Shown here in pieces: positions 53,362 through 64,000 of a DNA stretch of 64,000 nucleotides (the stretch's first letter is position 1; every line of letters starts with the position of its first letter). A model generated the notes under the pieces. It worked only from the letters and a program-made list of their open reading frames with translations. It ran no database searches and was not told the DNA's origin. Position numbers and translations under genes: made by a program. The stretch comes from Camelus dromedarius (taxonomy: Eukaryota), in assembly GCF_036321535.1 (NCBI RefSeq), contig NC_087437.1, forward strand, positions 33,544,001 through 33,608,000, given 5' to 3'.

Positions 53362-53424
53362 ATGGAGAGGTCTGGGCAGCGAGCAACGGCATGGGACTGT
53401 GACCAGGGCAAGCAACCTGACAGT
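53362..53424 (+). CDS. SCHIP1: SCHIP1 first coding exon, CDS part (21 codons, MERSGQRATAWDCDQGKQPDS), phase-0 donor
   Basis: Strong Kozak context cagcaccATGG and donor AGT|gtaagt. Matches the recalled human SCHIP1 N-terminus MERSGQRVTTWDCDQGKHSDS. Position just downstream of IQCJ fits the known locus order. Confidence 0.93.
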
Positions 53425-56400
53425 GTAAGTTTTCCAAATGCCTGTCATCTATTTTAGGTCTATCATATTTTTACATACGGGAGAGGAAACTCCAAACTCT
53501 AACCGAGGCAGTTTAAATTTAAGCTATAAAAAATATGGTCTTCATTTCAAATAAAGGATTAGTCATTTAAAAATACTAGAAAGTGTTAATATGTTGATTT
53601 GAAAAATTATTTTCTCATTGCATCGGTTGGTATGTGAATGTTTGGTGCTTTGAATGTTGATCATCTAAGTTTTTGTTTTAATTTGCCACAGAATAATTGC
53701 ATTGCTGTTAGACAAAATGCTTTGGATAGCATTTTTATATACTCATTTAAATAGTTCCAAATGTACAGTTTGTTGCCTTTTGTGAAAACAGGGCTCTCTT
53801 TGGAAAGTAGTTTCTGATTTGTGCACATTGAAAGGACAGTTTTAAACTTTTTAACTGCAAATTATTCTTCACTTACAAATGAGCAAATGTCTCGGTATTC
53901 TAATGTTGATACACATAGGGGATATTTGATGACTTATGATATTTTAAATTTACTGGTATAAAATATATACAATAAAAGCCTATAGCAAGTTGCAAGTTTT
54001 ATAAAAGATCCTTTTATAAAATGATTTGATATGGGCCACTGAAGAGATACTTTGAGGCATCATCGGAAATACTTAGTTTCTAAGTAGTCCAATCTTAACT
54101 GTTCAAACCAGAAATTTTAAAAATGGTTTATTTAAAAAAAAATCTTAACACCTCCTTAAAATCGTCAAAGGTGTAATGTAGTTCTATGATATTATATCAC
54201 ACAGCCAGTGGAGAAATGATACTTTGAATTGCTATGAAGAATGACCTCCACAGATATTTTGATTAACTATTCAAATTTGTCCAAGAGAACAGTGTCATAA
54301 AAAAAATAATTTAACAAATAATTATCTTTTCTCAAGCCAGTTAAGGAACATTTATTTATGTTGAACCATTTATTTTAAAGTCTAATAAAACTATCTTTTT
54401 ATATTATTCTAATACAGAATTTATTTCCCTCAGTAGTTCTCCTCATATGTAGAAACCACTGTAAATGCAGTTTACTTAGCTAATCTTCTAATTCAAATAT
54501 AACTAATTCTTTCCGTTATATATAATTTCAAGTGAATTTGATGTTGCTTCTTAACTCTTTAGTTTTGGGATATTTGATTTTTGGATAAATGGCACTTAGG
54601 TTTTGACAGTATATTTTGTGCAAAATTTTGGAGGCTGTGACTAAATTTTATATTAAGGAGATCTTATTATATATTTTTGTCAGCCTTGCTTGATAGATCT
54701 ACTGATGAGTTCTTTAATTGATGTCAATATTTAAAAGAACTCTGTTTTTGAAAAGAATTAAAGGTAGATTTATGATTCTTTTAATTTAATTTCCACAAAT
54801 TTGGTAATTATGCTTTGATTTTTAGAGATGAATAAGTAGGGCCTTTGACACACTGTTGAGCACATTTCTGTGATTTTAAAACTATGATTGTTCCTTTATA
54901 ATAAACTGTATCCATTTTTTGCTGGTGGTAGACTTTGGACAAATCACTCTGGTTGATTAGATTGTAACATCCTAATTTAGAGGATTTGAGGTTCATGTCG
55001 TAAGATGCATTTGCTTTATATTCTGAAATGGGAGGAAATCTACCTGATTCAGAAATGTATTTTCTAGCAATCTTTGTCTCTATCTTTAAGGAATGTGATT
55101 TACTTACGATATTTTCTGAAGTGTGACATTTTATATTTCTTGCTCTTTTGCACACATTTCAGTGATGTATTTATAACAACAGCTATCTAACATATACATT
55201 TTCTTGTTGAGATATGGTTGTCTATGTATTTCTTTAACCAAAAATTGTTGCTATATGACAGACCACAAATGTGTTTTGGCTTCTGCCTTGATAGCCTTTC
55301 AATCATTGTTGAAATAGCGTAACTCATCTGAACAACAGAAAAATGTCCAGAACTATTTAGACTGTGAGCTAATTCACGTTTCTTTCTTTTTCTTTCTTTC
55401 TGCTGCTTCTTCGTCTTTTTTTAATATAACATTCTGGTGGTAGCAGATGTGTGTGAACAATCTTAAATTTAGTTGAGTGACATTTTGCTTTTCTTGCCAA
55501 TGTAAAAATATGCTCGTGTTATCTCTTTTCTGTGGTCCACCCACCCTTGCAAAGGCTTTGTAACCTTTGGTTACGAAGGATTTAACGGTGTATTTACTTA
55601 AGGAAAACCACCCTAGTTAGGATGCTTTGCAGGGTGGCTGAACATAGAGGGAGCTGACTGACAGGTGTGGTTCTTACTGCTGATTTCAACCTTTTTTGTC
55701 ACCAAGAGAGAGAAGCTGGTTTTGTGAAATAGTTCTTATGTCCAGGGTACTCACAGACCCACTCTGTTGCATGTCTCCATCACGGCTTTCGACCAGAAGC
55801 AGCTCTTTAGCTACAGTCCCAACAGGGACCAGTTTCAGTAGGGGAGAGCTGAAAGTGGAATGTGTTACAGGGAGTTCCCAAACGGTAGCTTCTTAGAGGA
55901 AAATGGGTGTTCCTGGGGTTATTTCAGTCAAGCAGGACCCCGACTGGCTCCCAGTGGACTCCAGGCTTGTTTCAGTATGTTTCTAGCATTATGTGTAGGG
56001 CTCAGATGACATCAGGTGCCCAAGGGCGGATCTCCAGCTTCCTAGAGCATCATCTTGGGCTGACGCTTCTGCATAGAGATTTCCATCACACGATTTTTGT
56101 CCTCATTATTTTGCTTTATTGTTAGTGTTCCTTTCCTCCCCTTGTACTCACAAGGGATGTTCCTACTTTATAGTACATGGTGGGCCTAAGTAGATATGAC
56201 CTGACCAATTTGAGATTTATATTAAATGTTACTAGAGACTGTGGAGTAATCTGAACTGTTTCAGAAAACTAAACAGAGCTTAGAGACTTTCCAAGGAAAG
56301 CTGAAAGATCAGAAATATCCTCCAAATAGAAGTAAATCCGTACCATGCTTTTCTCATTTTAACATAATCTTTCAAATTCCAGTCCCTGTATATGAATCTG

Positions 56401-56939
56401 GCTCCTTCCTGTAAGCAAACTCAAGCCAGAGCTTGTAAAACACATCCAGGCAGCCAGTCATTGGGATGGATTCAGACCATTTCCATCTTGCCTGATTTAT
56501 CCTGTGCTCCTAATTCTCATCTTACTTATGTCTTTTTCACCATCTAATCTGCACTTAGGCACTTGACACAGTACATTACACAGCACCTGAGTCCATTAAT
56601 AAGACCCACCTTGATGGAAAACCCAGTTTGAATTCAACATTCGGTTGTTATCCCCGAAGCACACTTCTCCAGGATGCTGTTTTGGTGCTTGATGCATTGT
56701 GCACCACAATGGCAGGAAAGAAACATCTCTGCACCTGGAGTTTCATCTTGGGTGCACTGGAACTGATGGAACTGTACTGGGCAGATCATGGTATTGGCAC
56801 AGAAAGCATGTCCTTTGACTATCCGTGATTAAGTATCTTCATATTTTTAGAACTGGTTAAAGATAGACTCAGCCTAATGATTTGAGGATAGTTAGATAAG
56901 AATGTCAAGTATCAATGCCTTAAAGCAAGTCATACACAT

Positions 56940-57665
56940 TTACCCATATTTAACTTTTGTTGGGACTATGAAGAATATAAATACAGGCATTGTATATGGA
57001 CTTCAGCACAACTATGAAGATATTTTCTGATATCTCTGTGGAGAAGATAAAAAATTGTGGGTGGAATAATAATACAAATTGGTGATTTTCTTGACTGGTT
57101 AAATAACCTTACCAAAATTGTGTTAACTAATGAATCAGAGCTAGCCTGGTGGGAAGTGTCTAGTGGTGTGTGATAAGCAGGTTTCTGTTATAAGCATTAT
57201 TTTAATCAGTGATCTTAAATATAATATTTTTCCTACCTCTTACTTCATAGTTGAGGACATTTCATGCAGGAGAGGGGAAACAATTTGCCTGAGGTCAGCT
57301 AGCTGGTCAGCTGCAAAAGTGGAGCTGGAAGCCATATTTTTCTAACTCCCAAGCAAGGAAATTTCTATTGGAATATGTAGTATCCAACCCAACACTTAGC
57401 AATTAATGAAAGTTTTATGGAGAAATTTGTTTAAAATTTAAAATAAGACCAACTTTTTAAATTTTGGAGCTGTCATTCAGTGACATAGGCTTTCTCGTAA
57501 AGCAGTAAGCTTCTCGTCACCAGAAGTATGCATGCACAGACTGGATGGGCCAAGTCAGAGATGCTGTAAAGGGAATTCTGTGTTGTGGGAGGGTGAGTGT
57601 GAGTGTGTGTATGTGTGGTGATTGGACTAGATGACCTCCAAAGTCCCTTTCAACTTGAACATCAA
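56940..57665 (+). mobile_element. L3/CR1 fragments with an intervening antisense MIR piece (~57225-57350)
   Basis: CR1 3' end attggactagatgacctccaaagtccctttcaact; RT-region-like ttgacTggttaaataaccttaccaaa...gtgggaagtgtctagtgg. Confidence 0.6.
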
Positions 57666-58304
57666 GAGGAGACTGTGCAGTATTGTCCCATTAAAAAGAG
57701 GAAACAATAATGATTTCTTTGTTCAGCAAACATTAGGTTCATGTGCAAGGTACTGTGCAATTCTAAGAACTGATTACCCAAGTCGGACTGAGCCACCAGG
57801 AAACCACCCATTTGAGAAGGCGTGAGAAGGGGGGATATTGGGAAATGAATTAAAATTAAAAGGATGGGGACAAAAAGACCCAGGAGGGAGAGTAAGATGC
57901 ATCACTTGAATCTATTTGAGAAGGAAAAAACTAGGTTAAAGGGGTAAAAACAGAACCAGAATTATACCTTATCTCTTCATTATCTCTAGCATGGAGATAC
58001 TTCAATGCATGAAGAAGAAACAAAAATTTAGGGTTTATTGATCTCTAATAAATGCCACGATTCTGTTCAGGATTGCCAAATCTGTAAGAGCCTTTTTGGC
58101 CTTCATCCTTTCAACCTGTGTAGCTGTAGCTGCATAATCGACCCTTAGAGATTCTATCCTGGTTGTTATCTGTCCTCTACCTATTGGGAGGAATTCCAAA
58201 GCTGCAGACCATCAGTTCAGGGGATCAACATCAAGTCAGCCTTGCTGCTGGCCCTGCTCTGAATTTGAATCTGTCCTTCAGTAACTGGGTTTATACTACA
58301 CATT

Positions 58305-59260
58305 GTATATTTAGGCTCTCTTGTTATAAGTAGATCCCCATTAGTATAACAGCTCAAACACAACAGAAGTTTATTTCTTGATTAGGTTTCAGTACTGGAT
58401 AGTTGAGCAGGTCAGTGGGGTGGCCCTTCTTCACACAGTCTTTCAGAGAACTCAGGATGGTGTAGGCTCTGCCATCTTCAATGTGTGGGGTCCAAAGCCA
58501 CACTAGAGTCAAAACTTAAAGCAAGCCAGAGAGGGAAAAGGAAATGGAGCAGCACACATAGAACGAAGCATTTAATGGGCCAGGCCTAAAGAGACACACG
58601 TCACTCAACTCGTATTATTTTTATTAAACTCAGTCACATGACGTACCTAACTTCAAGGGAGACTGGGAAATACAGTCCTATAGGATACATAAAAATAAGA
58701 CAAGAAAATGGATTTTAGATAACTTAGCATTGCCTGCCATACCTGGGAGGAATTCTTCCTCTGAACCTATAGTTCCTGCTGCTGCAAAGTTAACATACAC
58801 CTCCAGATCTGCTTAATGTTAATTTCTCCACAGCCTTGGCCATCGCCTATTTCGGTCTTCCAGGTTGCAAACTACAGAATCTGACCCTAGTTAATTTCAG
58901 CTAAAAATGAATTTATTAGAAAGATATCAGCTATCTCCTTGAATTAACAGGAAGATTAGAGAATCAGGCTCAGGAAACAAAGGCACTAAGGGAAATTGCG
59001 CACCTGAGGGACAACATTTTTGGAGTGCTGCTGGCCTCACAGGCCACTGGATGCAGTGGTCATAAGGAGCTCTAAAATGTGCCTTGCTTCTCTGACACAC
59101 TTCCTCCAGATTCAGAGTCCTTAACGGGGCCATCCTATTGACTGGTTTAGATCATGAGTTCAAAGCCAGATTGCTAGGATGCGGAGAAGGGAAGTTTCTT
59201 GTGTAGCGGTGGGTAGAGCCCTGTTCGTTGCTGTAATTCCCATAATAGGTGGCTCAGTTG
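58305..59260 (-). mobile_element. Two adjacent old MaLR LTRs (~58305-58740 and ~58850-59260)
   Basis: agctcaaacacaacagaagtttatttct...cagtcacatgacgtacctaacttcaagggagactgggaaat; ggttgcaaactacagaatctgaccctagttaatttcagc...aatttattagaaagatat. Confidence 0.7.
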
Positions 59261-59569
59261 CACTAAAAAAAAAAAAAACAAAAAACGACGAAAAATCTAC
59301 TGTGCTTGCTGTTGTAAGATGCCCCTAGTGCCACGTTAGATCTACTGATGACCCACGCCAGTTCTCACTGATTCCAGCTGGCCACGTGCCTAGGCTGTGC
59401 CTTATTGCTGTGCCTAGACTAGACCTCGTTGTCCCTCCTGGGATGTGTTTTGATTGCTTTTACCAGTTTACTACCCAAGCCCACTTAGCATCCTGTGTGA
59501 AACTTGCTTTTGCCCTTTTGGAGATAGCTTTTCAGGTCCTCTCCTACAGCGCTTGGCATTGTTTTGAGA

Positions 59570-59770
59570 ACTAAATTCAGATCTGTGACCTATGTGCTAA
59601 GTCTGCATGGCTGTCGCCCAGACATTTGACCCATCTCCTGTGGGGTTTTCTCATCTGTAAAATGAATAAGTCGGCTCAATTCCCATTAGTCTCAAAGGGA
59701 CGCCTAGAGGCTTAACAAGATGGTGCTTCAAGATATTTGGAACACAGGGTGGCATTATCACATTATTATT
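59570..59770 (+). mobile_element. MIR SINE
   Basis: gttttctcatctgtaaaatgaata core. Confidence 0.6.
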
Positions 59771-60524
59771 TTCACAAGCTGTTCACCTGAAGGGAGAAAA
59801 TAAAGAGTGGAAATTTAATGCCAGAGAGATTTTTGGCACTTTGTCATTTCGACATTAGCTTTGAGGGCTTTTGGAATTTTGCCTGAAATTTTCAGTACCA
59901 AGCAGCTAAAAGCTCTGTTTTTCCGGACTCGTGATATTCCTGTCCCCGGGGATGGCATTACGCATTTGTGAGGGATGAGCTGTGCCAGACCCATTTTCCA
60001 GTGTGCCCCCAACAGACACAAAAAAGCAATAAACACTCTGTACATTGCTGCTCATACCCCCATTTCACACTTGGAACAGCACCTCTGACCTGTGCTGGCA
60101 GAGAAGGGATGGGAGAGGCGTGATCCACGCATGCGTGTGTGATGGACGCTCCCTGTCTGACACGCGGGTCGTTTGTGTCTGGGCAGCTTCTATTTGAGTG
60201 GTCAGATGGATCCTATTGGAGGTCCCAGAACCTTTTTAAGACTTTTCAAAATCACCCACATCACAGTTGTCTTTGAAAGAGGGCTATTGGTTATGCAAAT
60301 GTCACATTTGCCAACTAAACTGAAAAGTGGGCTACTTAGAAGTACAGAGAAGTACATACTTTTAGAACTTCATTTTTATGATTTTGGAAGGAAGAGAAAG
60401 GCAAAGAAACTTTTCGGGATCCGGGGACACATTTGTTCATGTGACTGAAGTTTAAGCTTCCTGATCATGATTACATGGAGAGGTTTTACATGGTTTCCTT
60501 TATTTGGCTCAGAATCATTTCTGA

Positions 60525-60660
60525 ATATATGGTGAAAAAGAATATGAAAATGAATATATGTATGTTCCTATGTGACTGAAGTATTGTGCTGTACACCAGA
60601 AATTGACACAGCATTGTAAACTGATTATACTTCAATAAAAATATATATTTAAAAAAACAA
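60525..60660 (+). mobile_element. Severely 5'-truncated young L1 3' terminus
   Basis: gaatatatgtatgttcctatgtgactgaagtattgtgctgtacaccagaaattgacacagcattgtaaactgattatacttcaataaaa plus an A-rich tail. Confidence 0.88.
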
Positions 60661-60989
60661 ATACATGGGCTTCCACATATGGGTCTGAAATACATATTTA
60701 TGTATATTTTAAAAGTAATTATGTGCCATCCATATATTAGAATAAAAGGTGTTAATTGAAATTGTTCAGTGCCAAGAGCTAAAAAGTACAGTTTTTGAAC
60801 CTGTTTACTCTTAGTAAATATGTCTTGCATCTTCGTAAGACCAACAGACCTGGGCTTATTCAGTGACAGAAGGAAGCTACTTGCATTTTAAGACAATGTA
60901 CAGTGACCACTAGTTCATCTAAAACTGTTAGGAAATGAGGTTCTGCATAAATGAAATGTACCAATAATGGCAAGTTACTATTTTTTTAA

Positions 60990-63420
60990 ATCAATATATT
61001 TTGAATGATGTTTTTAAGATACAATATAAAATTGGCTGTTCATTTTATAGCAATATTTATTTGCTTCTATAATATGTATCTATGCTCATTTTAGAAAATA
61101 TAGAGAAAGTTTAAAAAATATTTCTCACCTTTACTCCAATATTCAGAGACCACCAATTTTAATATTTTGGTGAATTTCCTTAGAATTATATACATATATG
61201 ATTATATGTATATATATATATATATATATTTATCTCTTAAGAAATATTTCCAGTATTTTGAACTTTGCTTTTTAAGCTCAGTGTTTTAATTTGTCATTAG
61301 AATTCCCCAAAGTCTAATAGTTTAATGTGAATATTTGCATAATATTAAATCATATAGATGTATGAGCTGTAATTCATTGAATCATACCATTTATAGTATC
61401 AATAGTATCAACATTGGGGCGTTTATATATTTTTACATTTCTATTTCCTTCCAGGAGATTATCATAAGTAGAACAAAAATTTGTATAAAGTTTTGTTTAA
61501 GTGTCTTGATACATATCACATTTCTGGGACTGTTCTGCCAATAGTATTAATTTGATAGATTGAAAAATAGCATGTGTTTTAAATCAAATTTATTTTTTTA
61601 AGTGATTTTACGGATTTTATTTTTTAATGTCTCTAAAGTTAAATGTGGACATTATATAAATATTTTTGCCGTCAACTAAATGTCTAGATAATTGCAGTTG
61701 TCAGATAAAATTTAATTCTGCAAAAATTTGTCTTTCAAATGCATATTCTTCCCTTCTGTATCCCAGATAGCTCACTGAGTCTCAGTCCACAAAGATTTGA
61801 TACATGATTCTTCACCATTTAGGATGACTGGGACCTTCTGTTTCCCACAGTATTTTTATCTTTATTTTTATTGAAGTTTAGTTAATTTACAATATTGCAT
61901 GAGGTTCAGGTGTACAGCATAGTGATTCAGTTTTTTCTTTTTGCAGAGCATATTCCATTGTAGATTATTACAAGATACTGGATATAATTCCCTGTGGTAT
62001 ACTGTAAATCCTTGTTGCTTGTCTATTTTATGTATCATAGTTTGTATCTGTTAACCCCATACTCCTAACTTGCCCCCCCATTTCTCCCCTTCAGTAACTG
62101 TAAGTTTGTTTTCTACATTTGTGAGTCTGTTTTTGTTTTGTATAGAGGTTCATTTGTATTATATTTTTTAGATTCCAAATATAAGTGATATCGTATAGTA
62201 TTTGTCTTTCTCTGTCTTATTTGTCTTATGCTGTCTGACCAGCAGTCCCACTTCTGGGTATATTTCTAGAAAAAACAGAAACTCTTAATTCAGAAAGATA
62301 TATTCACCCCAATGTTCATAGCAGCACTATTTACAATAGTCAAAACATGGAAACAACCCAAGTCCCATCAACAAATGATTGGCTTAAGAAGATGTGGTAC
62401 GTATTTGCAATGGAATATTGCTCAGCCATAAAAAAGAATGAGATACTGCCATTTGCAGCAACATGGATGGACCTAGAGAATACTATACTTAGTGAAATAA
62501 GTCAGGCAAATTTCTTTTTTAACCATTGTGATTTGACATTTTCACATGTTTTGTGGCTATGTTTTTGCCTACTGTTTTATTGATGTTTCATTATTTTTCT
62601 TAATTACTTCTATAAAATGAAATCTTTTTAGTGTCTCTTTCTATTTATATCATTTCCAGCTTTTTTATGATTTCATTGTAAGTTCACTTGGAATTTTGGC
62701 ATGTGCTAGGAAGAGACACAGTAGTCTTATTTTATTCCCAGTAGTTAAGCCACTGCCTGAGCACCATTTACTGATCAGTTCTTTGTTCTCCACTGGTTTG
62801 TGACATGATCTTTATCACATGTTAAAATCTATCTATTAGAATCTCTTTCTGCACTATTTTCCTGGTTACATCTACCAATTCTAGGACCTGATTCAGACTG
62901 TCTTAAATATTACATTTTGATTATAGATTTTAATGTTTGGTAGAGAAATTCTTTACTTCATTTCTTTTTATGTTCTTTGTTAGTCATACTCATTCCATAT
63001 AAACTTTAACATTGTGTAAACTTCCAAAAGAAATCTTTGGTGACTTTAATTGGAATTTTATCAGAGTATACACTGATATCACAAGAGTTGATATGTTTAC
63101 AGATTTGTTTTTCCTCTCTAGGAGCATAGCATGGATATGGATATGGAAATAAATATCAGGAAAAGTTAGAAATTTCATTATATACATTTCCTGCTTTTCT
63201 TATTATGATTATTCTTATTACAAATCAGTTCCTTCCTTCTTTCCTCCATGTCTAAATGGATGTCACTAGAATACAGAAAGCAGTGACTTTTTTCATGTTG
63301 ATTTCTATTTGTTCACATTATTGAAATCTCTTATTATTACTTAGAATTTTTTAGCTGATTCTTTTGGAGTTTCCAAGCATTGGTAAATAAAAATATTTAG
63401 TTCAGATATTTATTTATTTT
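60990..63420 (-). mobile_element. Very old antisense L1 (L1ME-like) fragments hosting the younger L1
   Basis: T-rich decayed ORF2-like sequence, e.g. gcaccatttactgatcagttc...tttaattggaattttatcagagtatac...ttttcatgttgatttctat. Confidence 0.6.
61852..62505 (-). mobile_element. 5'-inverted L1 insertion: 3' UTR on minus (61852-~62238) and ORF2-end piece on plus (~62236-62505)
   Basis: T-rich tail then ttattgaagtttagttaatttacaatattg...gtatttgtctttctctgtc. Then cagcagtcccacttctgggtatat...agtgaaataagtcag (track ORF WLKKMWY...LPFAATWMDLE). Confidence 0.88.
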
Positions 63421-64000
63421 TTACCACCTCCTCCTGCTATTCTTACACAAAAAGTAGTATTATATACATTATATATATATACTTTTCTGCCCCTTTCTTT
63501 TGTTTTGTTAGCATTATACCCCAGAGATACTTCACATAAGTAAGTTAAAACCTTCTGCATTCTTTTTTTTTTTTTTTTTACAGGTGTTATAGTATTTCAT
63601 ACTGTGTTATCCATGTTTTTCAGTTGTCTTCAGTGGGAGGAGTATTCCAGATGACTTAGTCCCCATTGCCAAAGTCAGCTGTCTTCTTTCTGGGTCTTTA
63701 GGAAAAGCATTTGTTTGGGAAGCACAGCTCCATACTCATATTCGGTGGTAGGAAGCAGCTGTTCAGTGTGGCTTCACTGGATGGTGGCAGGATCTCTTCT
63801 TACCCCACTGATTCGAACACACTAACTGAGACAGTCAGGAACATTTGAGCATAGGTAGGTGTTAGATGATACCAAAGTATAATTATTACTTTTCTTATGT
63901 GCAATGATGACATTATAGTTAGAGCATAATTATTTTAGAAAAACCTCCATGTTATTTTAGAGACCCATATTGAAATTCTAGGGGTGAAATGAGCTGATTT

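Overview
Mammalian (eutherian) genomic DNA, mostly intron, with many decayed transposons (L1, L2, L3/CR1, MIR, MaLR/ERV LTRs, hAT MITEs). Young L1 3' tails, together with no recognisable primate, rodent, carnivore, ruminant, pig or cetacean SINEs, suggest a camelid-like artiodactyl (inference). The window is part of the IQCJ-SCHIP1 locus on the + strand. It holds three IQCJ coding exons (27392-27456, 32367-32447, 43492-43627), which splice in frame to [94 protein letters not shown]. It also holds a diverged homologue of the IQCJ terminal exon (~45850-46182) and the first coding exon of SCHIP1 (53362-53424, MERSGQRATAWDCDQGKQPDS). IQCJ exon 1 and the downstream SCHIP1 exons are outside the window. 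Gene calls rest on my recall of the human proteins plus splice-site and phase logic read from the sequence. Repeat family names and most repeat boundaries are approximate, by-eye calls. I found no convincing new biological system. The best leads are an apparently shifted or lost IQCJ terminal-exon acceptor, uORFs over the SCHIP1 start, a small polyadenylated insert inside an L1 tail, and two 5'-inverted L1 insertions.
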